Positions 1-14,850 of a stretch of DNA of 64,000 bases are shown one piece after another; position 1 is the first letter of the stretch; every line of letters begins with the position of its first letter. The DNA is from the human T2T-CHM13v2.0 reference genome, Homo sapiens. The translations under genes were made by a program, and so were the position numbers. Under the pieces are notes generated by a model, which saw only the letters and a program-made list of their open reading frames with translations, ran no database searches and was not told where the DNA came from. The DNA lies in assembly GCF_009914755.1 (NCBI RefSeq), contig NC_060929.1. One strand, 5' to 3'.

Positions 1-23
1 AGAAGATTTTATTTTCCCTTCAT

Positions 24-203
24 AATTGCAATCGATATGATAAAATTGTCCTCAAGCAGTCATTCCTGTCACATTAACATAAACAGTTAGTTTGAAGTCT
101 CAAATGATATATTCCCCCATTGTCTCATGTTTCTTGACTGTTAAGGTTAATAGAAAGGGCCTACATTCATTAGAATAACATTGTACTAAAAATGTAATCT
201 GAC
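24..203 (+). repeat. 180-bp direct repeat, copy 1
   Basis: Aligns without gaps to 1521-1700 with 10 mismatches by manual count. Confidence 0.95.
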
Positions 204-1520
204 CCAATTAGTGAAAGAAGCTCTTGTCTGCTATACGTGGTAATTCCAGCTGTAGGCAGCAGAGGTAGTTGTTTTCACAGAAAACATGAGATACTAATTA
301 TTCATGTGAGTTTCTCTCCTAATTTTAATTTCAAATGTTAAAGTCTTTTATATTACTGATCTTTTGTATTACAATTCCTTTCTCTCTCTCTCTCCTTTTG
401 CCCTTCCTTTAACAAATTATGTTTTGCTATACAGGTCAACACTGTTAATTACTTTTTGTTTACTCACTTTTTAACTCTCCAATCGAGTCCCCAATTACTA
501 TGACAAGCATAAATATCCCGGGGTGGACACTATTACAATTATACCACTTTATAAAATGACGGTTTCTTCTTGCTCCTGTAAGAAGATTACAAATTGAATG
601 TTGAATAATCATGATGTAGAAAGCACTGTGGGAGGGTGGTATGGGAAAAATAAAGATGAACACGTTTACCCCAGGATAAGAGGTTTAAACCAAGAGCTTG
701 TAGATAAAGAATTCCAAACATTCACCTCTTAAAACTATTTAATTCCAAATCCTTTCATGTGACTATCTTAGTGCCATGGTGTTCTGAGATTAATCTTTAG
801 TGTTCATGTTCAAAAGGACAAGCACCAAATATCCATGTTGACCTATTTGGTCCCTTTCTTCTCCCAACTAACATGGCTGCTAGACCAATTAGCTGTTTAT
901 TGCATAAACAGTGGGACTCGGGATGAACTGCTTAACCACTCTCACCCTTAATGTCTCCAGTAGTAAAGAAAAATGAAAATAATCATATGAGTTTTGGAGG
1001 ATTAGCGTGGTGACCCAATGAGATCTAGAACATGAAAGTATCGCTACTGTGCCTGGCATTTATAGGTGATAAATAAGTATGTGTTCTTTTCCTTTTTCTG
1101 AGCATCTCCCAGCAGCACATCTACTAACTGAAATATCTAGACATTCTAGGAATATCCAGACTTCACAAGGGGGTATAGCAAACAGAAGTGATAGTACTAG
1201 GCTGATGCCAATGATCATTGTGGCTGCTACTTTGCTGACTTCAAAGCTTATCTGTGAGATAATGTTTTTCTATTTAACTTATATCCCTTCCCCCGATCTG
1301 CTCCTCAACCCCTACTGCCACTCTGAGAATCCTAACACCCCAAGGTTCATTTCCCATCGAGTACCCTACTTTCATCAAGTTCAGCTGCTAAAAAATAGTT
1401 GGAGCTATCACATAGCAAAGCACACAAATGTTGATAAAGGAATAATTTAGCTGATACCCTGAGAGTAAAGGCAGAAATGACAATAGCTATTTAACATATT
1501 TCATTTTTCTCCTATGTAAA

Positions 1521-1700
1521 AATTGCAATTGATATGATAAAATTGTCCTCAAGCAGTCATTCCTGTCATATTAGCATGAACAGTTAGTTTGAAGTCTCAA
1601 ATGATATATTCTCCCATTGTTTCATGTTTCTTGACTGTTAAGGTTAATAGAAAGGGCCTACACTCATTAGAATAAAATTCTACTAAAAATATAATCTGAC
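1521..1700 (+). repeat. 180-bp direct repeat, copy 2
   Basis: Aligns to 24-203 (offset 1497). Confidence 0.95.
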
Positions 1701-3597
1701 TTTTAAATCAGATTATAAAAGTATAATCTGATTTTTATGAGAGAACAAGTGATTTCAAGTACTTTAATTATGGTAAAAATCATTTTAAGACATTGCTGAA
1801 GAGGCACGAGATGGTGATAGGATCCTATTAAACTAGGCCATTGATTGTTTTTATCATATCCATGATGAACTGTAACATTTTTACTTCACTGAAGTAGATA
1901 TGAGTACGTGCTGTCTTCATATGTTTGAAACCCTAGGCAAATTAGTAAGAATAGTCCATTGTTTTTACCCTCTTTAAATAGAGGGACCAAATAAATAATT
2001 GAACCAAAAAGTGTTTCTGTTATACTGATCCTGCACTCGGTTAAAAATTAATATAGAAAAATCTCTGGAATTACAACACAAAAGCTATATTGAAGAAAGC
2101 CTATGTTTTACCTTGATTAAAGTAAAAGACTTCTACCAAAATTGAAGTAGCAAGTGCTAACATAACTATAACATTTTGGAATAGGCTTACCAAAAACATG
2201 CCTTCTGGGTCATTTTTATTCAGTGAATTTTTTTTTGTCTGACAAGATAGTGCAAATGTATGACCTGATTTTATTTTTGCTGTTGAACTCAAGAGAATAC
2301 AATTAAACCTAACAATTGCTATTAGTTCAACAATACTAAAGAGCTAAACAGCTGAAGTGGTATTGGTTAATTATTCATGAAAATGTAATCTTGATGATAA
2401 TTTAACATTATTTGGTAAAGGGCTTAATTTGCTATCTAAAAATTATTATTTCCAATTAGAAAGTCTTACTCCAAATAATGTTGTAGTGTGCTATGTAGGA
2501 ACAAAAAATTATTTTGAAATGGCTGGAGGCAAAAACTGAATAACTCTCTGAGCCCAGCAAGTCATAACATTTCAATATAATCTAATGAGTAGAGTGAATC
2601 AGTAATGCAGTATCATTGTCACCTGTTTTTTCTCTTCTTCCTGGCACTACAGCAAAGCACAAAGATTGGAATATTGAGCATTTCAGCAAAGAGCCAAGGT
2701 AATTTAGATTTTTATTGCTACATTTGGTCCTTGGCTTTAAACAAGCCAAAAAAGAACCCTCAGAAAAAGTAATTTACTAAATCATGGTACCAACCAAATC
2801 ATGAACAACAAAACTGCAATGCTTGGCTTTCCTTGGGTTTTGTCTGTGTTGCTAAGATATTAGACAAGTCTGACTGACAAGCAGTATTTTGCAGAAAAGG
2901 AGTTGAGAATGCTCTCTTGGCAAGGCAGAGGTTGAGGTATAGAGACTAATGCTATCTTCTTATTTTGTAACTAAGATGACTTTGCTGGGCCTCTTGCCTT
3001 AATTGCCCTTGGGATGATTAACATTGGCTCCAAGCTCCCAGGATACAGACTAATCCATTTGGTGAGGCTCCTGGGAACTTGCTAGCCAGCTTAGATCAAT
3101 GGCCAACAAAGATTTGATGATTCCTTAGAGGAGCCATCAGTGAAATAAAATGTTAATCTTCAGGGTAAAATACACACACATACACACACCCAAGCACACA
3201 CACACAATGAAATTTCCTTAAGAGAAGGAACCATGCCTTATTCATGTTTGCAGGATTGTAAAGATTAAATGGGTTGATGCATGCCAAAGAAACTTAGAAT
3301 GGTACTTGGCAAAGGGTAATCAGTAAATATGTAGCAGTTGCTATTTTTGTTTATATCCACTGTGTTCAGTACAGTAACTGTTATATAATAGAAACCAATA
3401 CACTTTAAATGACTTTTAAAGGAATATAGATTTATTATTTGTCTCCGCTTTGTTAGATGCCCATTGAAGAGAATTCAAATTTAACATTTCAACTAAAAAA
3501 AGAGTATATTATGTTTATAAATTTTGAAAACCACTGCCGCAGAGGATGGAGAGTCAGCAAAGACTTTAAAAAAGAGGATAATATGATTAGGGTTCTC

Positions 3598-3899
3598 TTT
3601 TTTTAGGTGGGACAGGGTCTCACTGTCACCCAGGCTACCATGCAGTGGTGCAATCATGGCTCACTGCGGTCTTGACCTCTGGGGCTCAAGCAATCCTCCC
3701 ACCTCAGCCTCCTGAGTAGCTGAGTAGCTGGGACCACAGGCATGAGCCACTATGCCTGGCTAATTTTTTTTCTTAATTTTGTAGAGATGAGGTCTTGTTA
3801 TGTTGCCCAGGCTGGTTTTGAACTCCTGGGCTCAAGTGATTCTCTTGTCTTGGCCTCCCAAAGTGCTGGGATTACAGGCATGAGCCACAGAGATGGGCC
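3598..3899 (-). mobile_element. Alu (AluJ-like)
   Basis: T-tract, GACAGGGTCTCACT...CAAAGTGCTGGGATTACAGGCATGAGCCAC. Confidence 0.92.
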
Positions 3900-3929
3900 T
3901 CAGAATTTATTTTTAAAAGATATTTGAAA

Positions 3930-4620
3930 CTATAGGTGACTTGGAAAAGTTAGACTTGAAGCAGAGAAACCAGAATGAGGAATATGACATCCAGATCTGA
4001 GGAAATAAGATCTTGAATTAAGGCAGTGGTAATGAGGATTAAAAAAAAAGATGTCAGACTAGTGAGATATATAGGATATGGAGGTTATAGGATTTAATGA
4101 CCAATTCCAAGGTGAGAGTGAAGAAGTCACAGAGAATAAATCACCTGCCTCTGACTTGGGAAACAGAATAGAGAGTGACCCTTAACTAGAGTAGGTTATT
4201 CACAAAGCAGAGAAAGGTTGGTGAGAGAAAGAGTTAAACTTTAATTATGTTAAGTTAGAGGCACCATTGGGACATTCAGATAAAATGTCGCCGAGGCAGC
4301 AGGATATAATAATCTGAGGATCAGAACTGAAGTCTGAGATAGGGATAGAAATTTGGAAATCATTGGCAAAAAATGTGAGGTCATCCACGCTGATGAGATC
4401 AACCACAAAGAAGGATAGAATAAAGAGAGAAGAGGCTTAAGGAGTCAGCAGAGGGACGAGGAAAGGAGCTACAACCAACTTGTCAGCAGGGAAGAGGAGA
4501 ATAAGGAGAGCAAGACCAACGGAGTTACCAGGGTAGTGTTCAAGAGAGAAGGAGAGAGATCAGTAGTAACAAATACTATAGAAGTCAAGTGAAACATGAA
4601 ATGAAGGTGAAACTTACCCA
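3930..4620 (-). mobile_element. L2 fragment
   Basis: Degenerate purine-rich L2 antisense motifs (GGACATTCAG...GATAGAAATTTGGAAATCATTGGC). Confidence 0.6.
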
Positions 4621-4996
4621 CTGGGCACAGTGTAGGAGCTTAATAATATTTGATAAATTGGATATATAAGCTACTACACACAAAGCGAATCATTGCTGAT
4701 CTTGCCTCCAATCTACCTTCTTAATTATCTACACTAAACATTTTTTCCAAACCTTTTAGTCCCTTGAAGATAAAAAATACTTTGATTTAGTAACTTTCTC
4801 CAGAATACATTGAGCCTTCCTAACCCTCATGCTTTGTTGTATGCCATTCACCCTGGCTAAAATACAATTGATCTATGTCTCTACTTATACCAACCTACTG
4901 ACCTCTCATACCTGGATCAAATCCCAACTTCCCCATTCAATCTTCCATGATTTTCCCAAACAGAAGTAATCATCACCTCCATAAAACTCCCAAAGG

Positions 4997-5346
<350 letters not shown>

Positions 5347-5921
5347 TTAATCTATATCAGTAAATTATCAAGTTAATGTTTTTATTTATAACATTATCAT
5401 ATTCTATTTTTCTCTTGTTCCTTGAACAAAAATTTTTATCTTGTATTATAAATTAAATTTGTAGGTGTCTGTATCTTGCCTCCCATCTAGATGATAAATT
5501 CCTGGATAGCAGGGATAAGACCTCATAATTTTCTCTGTTCCAAATATTTACTGAATGCCAAAAATGTGTGGAGCTCTAGTAGAGATACCAGGGATAGTAT
5601 TGTAAATAAGACAGGCAACATCTTACCGTCATGGAGTTTATATCCTACTGGATATACTTGAACTTATTATGTCCCTCAGCTCCTTCTCACTCACACTATC
5701 AGAACAATATACCTTACTGTTCTTGGGTTCATGAACCCCATGTCCTTTATAATATCCTTTATAAACATTTCCTAACCCTAGACTTCTAATATGACAGATG
5801 CTGAAGTGGAATAAGGGACGTCTAATTGAGTTATGAAGATCACTATAACATGTAGACTTTGGAGTCAGATTTTAGTTGAAATGTCAGATGTGCCATTTAC
5901 TAGAAGGGTGACTGAAAACAA

Positions 5922-6219
5922 TTTTTTTTGTTGGTTTTTGAGACAGGGTCTCACTCTGTCACCCAGGCTGAAGCACAGTGACACACTCAAAGCTTACTGC
6001 AGCCTTGAGTGAGGCTCAAGTGATCCTCCCACTTCAGCATCCCTAATAGCTGGGACTACAGGCGTGCACCAGCGCTCCTGGCTAATTTTTGTATTTTTTG
6101 TAGAGTCGGGGTTTCACCATATTGCCCAGGCTGGTCTTGAACTTCTGGGCTCAAGCAATCTGCCTGCCTCAGTACCCCAAAGTGCTTGGGATAACAAGCG
6201 TGAGCCACTATGCCCAGCC
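5922..6219 (-). mobile_element. Alu (AluJ-like)
   Basis: Antisense Alu body; TSD-like TGAAAAACAATTTT / TGAACACAATTTT. Confidence 0.92.
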
Positions 6220-6369
6220 TGAACACAATTTTTAACTTTTTTGAGGTTCAGTTTTTTCATCATAAGAATTGTAATAATACCTATCATCCAGAATTACTGT
6301 GAAAGTCAAATGAAATAATTACATAGCTGCTAAGAATACATGTTAATTATGTTAAAAGTATCTTTAAAA

Positions 6370-6545
6370 TTAAGAGGTCATTGCTCTGAAGAAGAAAGAG
6401 TAGTGAGGGGAGTCTAGCTCTACCAAATATTGAAACATTTTATAGTTACAGTAACCAAAATAATATAGTTCTAGAATATGAAAAGAAAAATATGAGTAAA
6501 GTAAACCAGAAAGCCTGGAAATAAGCCCCAATATATATGAAAACA
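6370..6545 (+). mobile_element. Old L1 ORF2 fragment
   Basis: GGGGAGTCTAGCTCTACCAAATATTGAAACATTTTATAGTTACAGTAACCAAAA resembles L1M ORF2. Confidence 0.55.
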
Positions 6546-6839
6546 GAGTATTGTCCTTAGTTGGAGAAAAAGGTCACACTCTGGTCTTCCTCTGGTTGTA
6601 CCACTTTTGGCAGGACAAAGCGATATGCCCACCTGAAGCCTGTCACCTCCCTTCACCTCACTTTGGTTACCCGACCTTTCATTGGCATTGCCTGACTCAC
6701 TGTCCCAAGACCACTTCAAGGACTGTGTTAGACTTTCCCCTTCTCCATCCTCCTGAGAGTGGCCATGAAATCTTTATTGTACCCATAAGCCCCCTGATCA
6801 ACTTAGAGAGTTCACCACTCTTTCCTCTTTGACGCTTTC

Positions 6840-7730
6840 TTCACTTGGCATCTGGCTCACCACTCTCTCTTGGTTTTTCACCTGACTCACTTACTTACTT
6901 GGTCTCCTTTCCTAGTTCCTCCTTATATCCCCAACATCTGAATTCCCAAGTACCTCAGGCTCAGTCTTCAGTCTTCTTCTGTCATTGCAGTCCATTACTA
7001 AATTATCTCATTCCATCACATGGTTTTAAATAACATCTATAAACTGACAACTTTCAAATTGATATTTCTAGCCCTGACACCTCCCTTGAAATCTTCTCTT
7101 ATATATCCAGCTACCTATTTGATATCTCCATGTAAGTGTCTAAATAGGCATCTCAAATTTATGCCCAAACATTTACAAAACTAAACACTTTATTATCTAC
7201 TACCTCAACCAACTTTTTTCCACAGCCTTTTCCCATGGTAGCAAATGACAAAATCTATTCTTCCCAGTTGCTCAGGCCAAAACCTCAGTCATTCTTGTGT
7301 CTTCTCCTTCCTTTGTGTTTCATGTCCAATCCATTAGCAAATCCAGTAGACCTTACTTACAACATTTGTCTGGAATTTGATCACTCCTCGCCCCACTGCC
7401 ACTACTAATCAAATACAATTTGCCATCCTCTCTCACCTGGGTTACTCATCTGGATGAGCAAGTTTTATCTGTAAAGGGCCAGATAGTAAATATTTTAGGC
7501 TTTGCAGACTATAGAGTCTCTGTTGCAACCACTCAACTCTGTTCTTGCAGGCCTGAAGCAGCCACAGACATTACTTAAATGAATAGGTGTGGCTGTGTTC
7601 CAGTAAATCTTGATTTACAAAAACAGGCATTGGGCCAGATTTGGCCAGCAGGCCATAGTTTGCCAACTCCTGACCTGGATGACTGCACCGCCCCGTAACT
7701 AGTCTCCCTCTTTCTACCTTTCCTCCTAAA
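6840..7730 (+). mobile_element. L2 fragment (RT 3' region), interrupted by MER58 and abruptly truncated near 7730
   Basis: L2 hallmarks: TTTTAAATAACATCTATAAACTGACAAC (YADD remnant), AATAGGCATCTCAAA, TTCCCAGTTGCTCAGGCCAAAA. Confidence 0.8.
7455..7672 (+). mobile_element. MER58A-like hAT-Charlie MITE
   Basis: CTGTAAAGGGCCAGATAGTAAATATTTTAGGCTTTGCAG...GGCCATAGTTTGCCAACTCCTG. Confidence 0.85.
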
Positions 7731-7731
7731 A

Positions 7732-8006
7732 TTGAGACATGGGTGAAGGTGATAGCTTTGAATAAGAGGGAAGAAAGGAAAGAAGAGTAAAAATATAGGT
7801 GAATTTAGTCTTCCCAGTTGCCTGAATACTCCCAGAGAAAGCACCAAGCGAGGCGACAAGCCACTGCCTGGACTCACAGTTGCCCCATAAATGGTAACAA
7901 CCAAAACATGCTGACTCATCTTGACTACAACAAAGTCACCTATATTTTTACTCATCTTTCCTTTCTTCCCTCTTATTCAAAGCTATCACCTTCACCCGTG
8001 TCTCAA
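7732..8006. repeat. 71-bp inverted repeat (7732-7802 / 7936-8006)
   Basis: Arms are reverse complements with 2 mismatches and no gaps. Confidence 0.96.
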
Positions 8007-8541
8007 ATGTCACAAGAGTGCATCATCAAGTAATGAAGATGGAGTATAATTGGGATAGACCTTACTGAAGAAGAAAGATTTGAACTGCACAGTGTTGCCA
8101 AGAGCCAGTTCCTACTGCCTAGAGTGAAAACACTTTTTCCGGCCTCCCCTTTCTCCAAAGGGCCAACAAAATTAAAATCTTTACAAAGAATTTGTATACA
8201 TACACAATATAGTTGGGTCCTGAGCCCCTTTGAGACTGGCCCTTGAGCTGACCAAACTGTTCCTAACCCATTCCACCCGCCGTGTCCACCCTGGAGCTCA
8301 CACTAGGGGGAAATTTCCCCAAAATCACTCCTAACACAAATACCTAACATTCAAAATCAGTGAACAGCTTTCAAATGGAGGTAATTCTCTTGTGAACAAA
8401 GTAGTATTTGAATTTAATCTTCCCAGTTGCCTGAATACTCCCAGAGAAAGCACCAAGCGAGGCGACAAGCCACTGCCTGGACTCACAGTTGCCCCATAAA
8501 TGGTAACAACCAAAACATGCTGACTCATCTTGACTACAACA
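7800..8541 (+). repeat. 133-bp direct repeat (7800-7932 / 8409-8541)
   Basis: Ungapped match with 1 mismatch (7808 G vs 8417 A); also visible as identical peptides in ORFs 7575..7955 and 8331..8570. Confidence 0.97.
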
Positions 8542-9789
8542 TAACTCCTTAAAATACCATCTTCCCACACAACAAAGTTTTCACAATTAGAAGAGAGGTG
8601 GGACTATTTTAACATACAAATCCTATGTCTGTTTTTTCACTTAATAGCATGTGAAATACTTACCCTATTGTGGTGACAATAGCTCTTAGAGAAGCACAGC
8701 GTGTAGCCAGTAAAGATCTTTCTGAGGTGGTTTTCTTGAGGTTTAGGGGTTAAAAAACTATCACTTGTTAAAAAGTACATAAAGGATTTCCAGATGTAAA
8801 TCATTTGTAAATTTATCTCAAGGGGTATTAGGAAATGAATAATGAAACCAGCACATACTATGTGCCTGGGAGGAAAACTTCAGGACAATAATTATCAAAA
8901 TTATAATGAAAACCAAGTGGTAATTAGCCTCATTGGTTAAACTAATTAAGTGAGCAAAAAACACTTTCGGAAAATAAAATTTCAGATGTTTAATATTAAA
9001 GCATTTGTACTACAATTTCAGTATAGCTTTGAGAACATGTAAGTGCAATTTAGAGAGTCGTTCTCCGTATAATGGAGTGGTGGAAGCAGCAATAAATGAT
9101 GTAAAAAGCACATTAAAGGCTACATGAATTCACAAGTCCATACTTTGTTTTAGTATGTCATCAGTGCTTGTGTTTAATGTCATATTTGAGTCTTCATTAG
9201 AGTGTCGCTCCTTTTGAATTCATGTGACTAAATATTACAGAGGTTTAGGCTGGTGTTAGCCCAGAATATTTTTAACCACCAAGTCATTGAAAACTGTGCT
9301 ATTTATCGTTACCCCCAACACAAGGGGGGAAAAGTGCTGTATATTGGAATTATTTTGCACTTTAACAACCAAACTTTTCTAATGAAGACTCTATATCCAT
9401 CCATCTACTATACATCCATTAATTTATTTGCTCATTTATCAATTTCCCGGATGCCCGCCTTTTCTTTCCATGGCAGTGTCCTAGGAGCTAGGGTTACAAG
9501 TAGCTTACAGTCTGGTTGGAGGAGTCATATTTGTAAATAGATAAGTGCCATTAATTGTTATAGCTTCTGCGTTAGGAGTACCTACAGGATTTGGTGGGGC
9601 CCAGGGCAGTAGCAGTGAATGGAGGAATGGACGAATGGACGAGCATGGGGAGGAAGCTCTGCAGAGGAGGAAGTGCTGGAGCTTTGTTCTTTTGTCTCCT
9701 TTATTCATTCTGTTCCCGCTTCCTACAACACCCTTCTCTCACTTCTGATTGGGCTAAACCTTGCTCAAAACTTTAAAAAGTGGTGTATA

Positions 9790-10075
9790 GCCTGTAACCC
9801 CTGCACTTTGGGAGGCTGAGGCGGGCAGATCACTTGAGGTCAGGAGTTCGAGACCAGCCTGGCCAACGTGGTGAAACCCTGTCTCTACTAAAAATACAAA
9901 AATTAGCTGGGTGTGGTGGTGCGTGCCTGTAATCCCAGCTACTCAGGAGGCTGAGGCAGGAGAATCACTTGAACCCAGGAGGCGGAGATTGCAGTGAGCT
10001 GAGATCACACCATTGCACTCCAGCCTGGGTGACAGAGCGAGACTCCGTCTCAAACATAATAATAATAATAATAAA
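9790..10075 (+). mobile_element. Alu (AluSx-like), slightly 5' truncated, (AAT)n tail
   Basis: GCACTTTGGGAGGCTGAGG...GAGACTCCGTCTCAAA. Confidence 0.95.
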
Positions 10076-10079
10076 AGGT

Positions 10080-11102
<1,023 letters not shown>

Positions 11103-11793
11103 TAAAACTAAACTTAAAATATGAATTGATTGGTGGTTGGCAGAGGGAAAAATACAAGCAAAGACCTAGATCTGTTAATTGCACAGTGCCAGTGTGTTAT
11201 AGGGGGACTGAAATTGCTGAATACAGGGGATGAGAGGGTGATTTCAAGACTAATGGGGATTAGAGAAATAGATAGGTGTCCCATAATAAAGGACTTATTG
11301 TACCAGTTGCTTGGACTTTACCCTGTAGATAATGGAGAGCTATTCAAGGATTTTAAAACAAGGCTGCAAAAAGGCCAGATTAGCTTTTGAAAAACTTCAT
11401 CTTGCAGCTGTGAGAGAGCACAGAGACTGGACAAGAGGAGAGCACATTTGCAAGAATGGCAGTTCACTGAAGGAGGGCAGTGGTACTGGGTGTGTAAGGG
11501 GGAGGCTATGAGAGAGGGGAGGGAGACAGAAGCCACAGCACCGCTTGTAGATTGTCTGTGAGGAGTGGAGGATAGAAAGCCAATTTGAGAGTCAGTTTTC
11601 CATCTAGACAGTATTGGAGTGGATGGTTCTCCAGGAATCTCTCACTCTAGCAAATGTTACACAGAGGTTGCATTTAAACTAATTATGTTTAATTTTAGTG
11701 AGGTTTCTACAGAGATTAATATTTAAAAGAAAATCAGAAAAAAGTGCACATTTACTTAAGAGAAAGATACTGGTTAAAAATAGCTAGAAATAA

Positions 11794-12455
<662 letters not shown>

Positions 12456-13265
12456 TGAGAAAGATTTTTTAATGAGTAAAGAAAGAAAAGAGTAGAGGAG
12501 AGTATAAAGAAAACTGAGGGGTTTTTTCTATTTATGTATTTATATTTCCTTTTGCATACATTTACATTATGTTTTGGAAATAATATATTGACAATACAGA
12601 ATGTTAATTCATGGAAGACAGTAGATCCTGAACCATGTTTGATAAAGATCTCGAAGTGTCTACTGCTCATAAGAGTACTGTTCTTGAATAATAACACACC
12701 TATCTTGAGAACCTGAATTTAACCATGCAGCATGCTCTCAACCTCCTAATGTTACTTAATCTAGAAAGAAATCATTATGTCTATTTTATAGAATAGAGTC
12801 CTGAGGCTTGAAAATGGTTACTTGTACGTATTACACGTTAGATATTTGATTCTGTTAGTCAGTTATTATTCATCCTTTCTTTGATTGCTGGTAATTTTCA
12901 TGGGCGTTCTGAAATCCCCTAACTTGGCCCTAACTGGACCAAGTGTGCCCTCCTTGGAGTTTTTTTCTTAGACACAGGAATTATTGCTGCTATTTAAGTC
13001 TGCCTATGCTAATCTTTAGACAAATAATGATTTATCTTGGTCCATGGTACTTTTTATGCATGTCTGTAAAAAAGAGTTTTGGTTGAAACATCCTATGAAA
13101 AAACATGCTTTACTATTAATATCTTCATAAAGCTGCCATGGAATAAAAAAATATTAACATGGAAAGCATAATAGCGATGTTGTATATTTGTATTATTTTA
13201 TTTTATAATTTTTATTGTTGGAAAGTTAGAAAATACAGAAAAGCACAAAGAAAAATAATAATTGC

Positions 13266-13412
13266 CATGTGCCTGTAGTCCCAGCTATTCAGGAAGAAGA
13301 GGCAGGAGGCTCACTTGAGCCAAGGAATTTCAGGCTGTAGTGTGCCATGGTAAAGCTTGTGATTAGCCACTGCACTCCAGTCTGGGCAACATAGTGAGAC
13401 CCTGTCTCAAAA
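13266..13412 (+). mobile_element. Alu right monomer (FRAM/AluJ-like)
   Basis: GTGCCTGTAGTCCCAGCTA...GAGACCCTGTCTCAAAAA. Confidence 0.85.
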
Positions 13413-14850
13413 ATCATCAATATCATCGTCATTATCATCCATATTCACACCATCTCAAACAAACCACTATTATTATATTGGCATATTTTTCACATTTTTA
13501 AAAGAAAAATTAGTTTATTGAATGACTTACAGGAATTCAAACAACAGAACTGCACAAAAATAAAAGTTTGAAAATCACCTCAAATCTACCACCCAGAAAT
13601 GACCATGATTAGCTTTAGAATAATATACATTAGCTTTATACTGTGTATATATACACATTCTTCTAAGGATACATACAGATAGAAAGAATACCTTTATAAG
13701 CATTGGGTCATGCCATTTATATAAACATCTTAAAATTAAACTTACTTGAATTTAATAGAAGAGAAATTGAAGGAATGGTTGAACTTCAAATAAATATTCC
13801 TCTATCACCACAAGATACATTATTTCCTGAAGAATTCTAAATACTCCAAAATATGAAAAGACTGCATTGTTGCACTTTTTATAAAGCCACGTTTTGATTG
13901 TATGTATCATCAGTGACTCCTTACTTTGAAAGATAAAAGCATTAACATCCTCGCACTCCTACTCATCTCTCCATCCCCTTCCTCCCCTAGCTCAAAACAT
14001 TTACCTGTTATTTTTATCTTCATAAATCTCATTATTTTCTGCAGGCACAGCTAACATATTGAAAAATCCTCTGTCTACTACCTCTGCATTCTCAGTTATT
14101 TTTTATATGGATGTAGTTACTCCTGAAAAGTCCCTCTCCTCACTGTCAACTACTAACCTAAAACTGCCACCACAACCCAGTGTTGGCTGCTCAAGACTTT
14201 CTTCCCCCGCCCCTGTCTCTCTAATAAGGCCCATGAGAAAGGTAAATGGAAAAATACCTAGAGGATGAGCAACTCCATAATTTCACTTAGCTTGAAGGGA
14301 GAGGGAAAGAAGCTGTGAACACACAGGCATTAATAATTTTGACCCTGTTAAATTTTTATAACAGTACAATTTTCTGGAATACTAGATATGGACAATAGAA
14401 CTCAAATGATGCAACTGGCTTCAGAGAACTTACTGAAGAAATTGGGGCAGGAGGTCCAGGAAGAATAGGGTCAAAGGCAGGGAGTGATGAGAAGGGCATT
14501 CTGTCTCTAGTTCTGCAGTGCACAGCAGAGGGGCTGGGCCCAGGACTCCCACCACAGGGCCGTGCAGCCAGCCAACTCATCTCCCTGCTTCCTGCACGTT
14601 TAAAGAGAAAGCTCAGTACTCACTACTAAGCATCTGGCTTGACAGCAGGGAACATTCAGTTAATGGTAGTTCAGAGGAATTGCTGTGTTTGCAGCTGTTT
14701 CTTCTTGATAAAATAATTGTTGTTTCAAATGGGAAATTATTATGTGGAATCAGAATCAAATGTAAAAGCACTGTCGTAGCACAGTTTGATTTACTGGTAT
14801 ATAAATAGGTTTTGGGAAAAGAAGGTATAACATGAAAAAGTATGATCATT

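Noticed and set aside
5725-5738. 14-bp palindrome GGGTTCATGAACCC (similarly GAAGCAGCTGCTTC near 38719)
   Set aside because: A few palindromes of this length are expected by chance in 64 kb
7732-8006. Novel MITE / Pack-type transposon or pre-miRNA
   Set aside because: No TSD, the interior is a copy of adjacent DNA, and the 133-nt loop is too large for a pre-miRNA; templated repair is more parsimonious pending a genome-wide search
7575-8570. Two ORFs sharing VVVKMSQHVLVVTIYGATVSPGSGLSPRLVLSLGVFRQLGRLNS, suggesting paralogous small genes
   Set aside because: The shared peptide simply reflects the 133-bp DNA duplication; no splice, promoter or homology support
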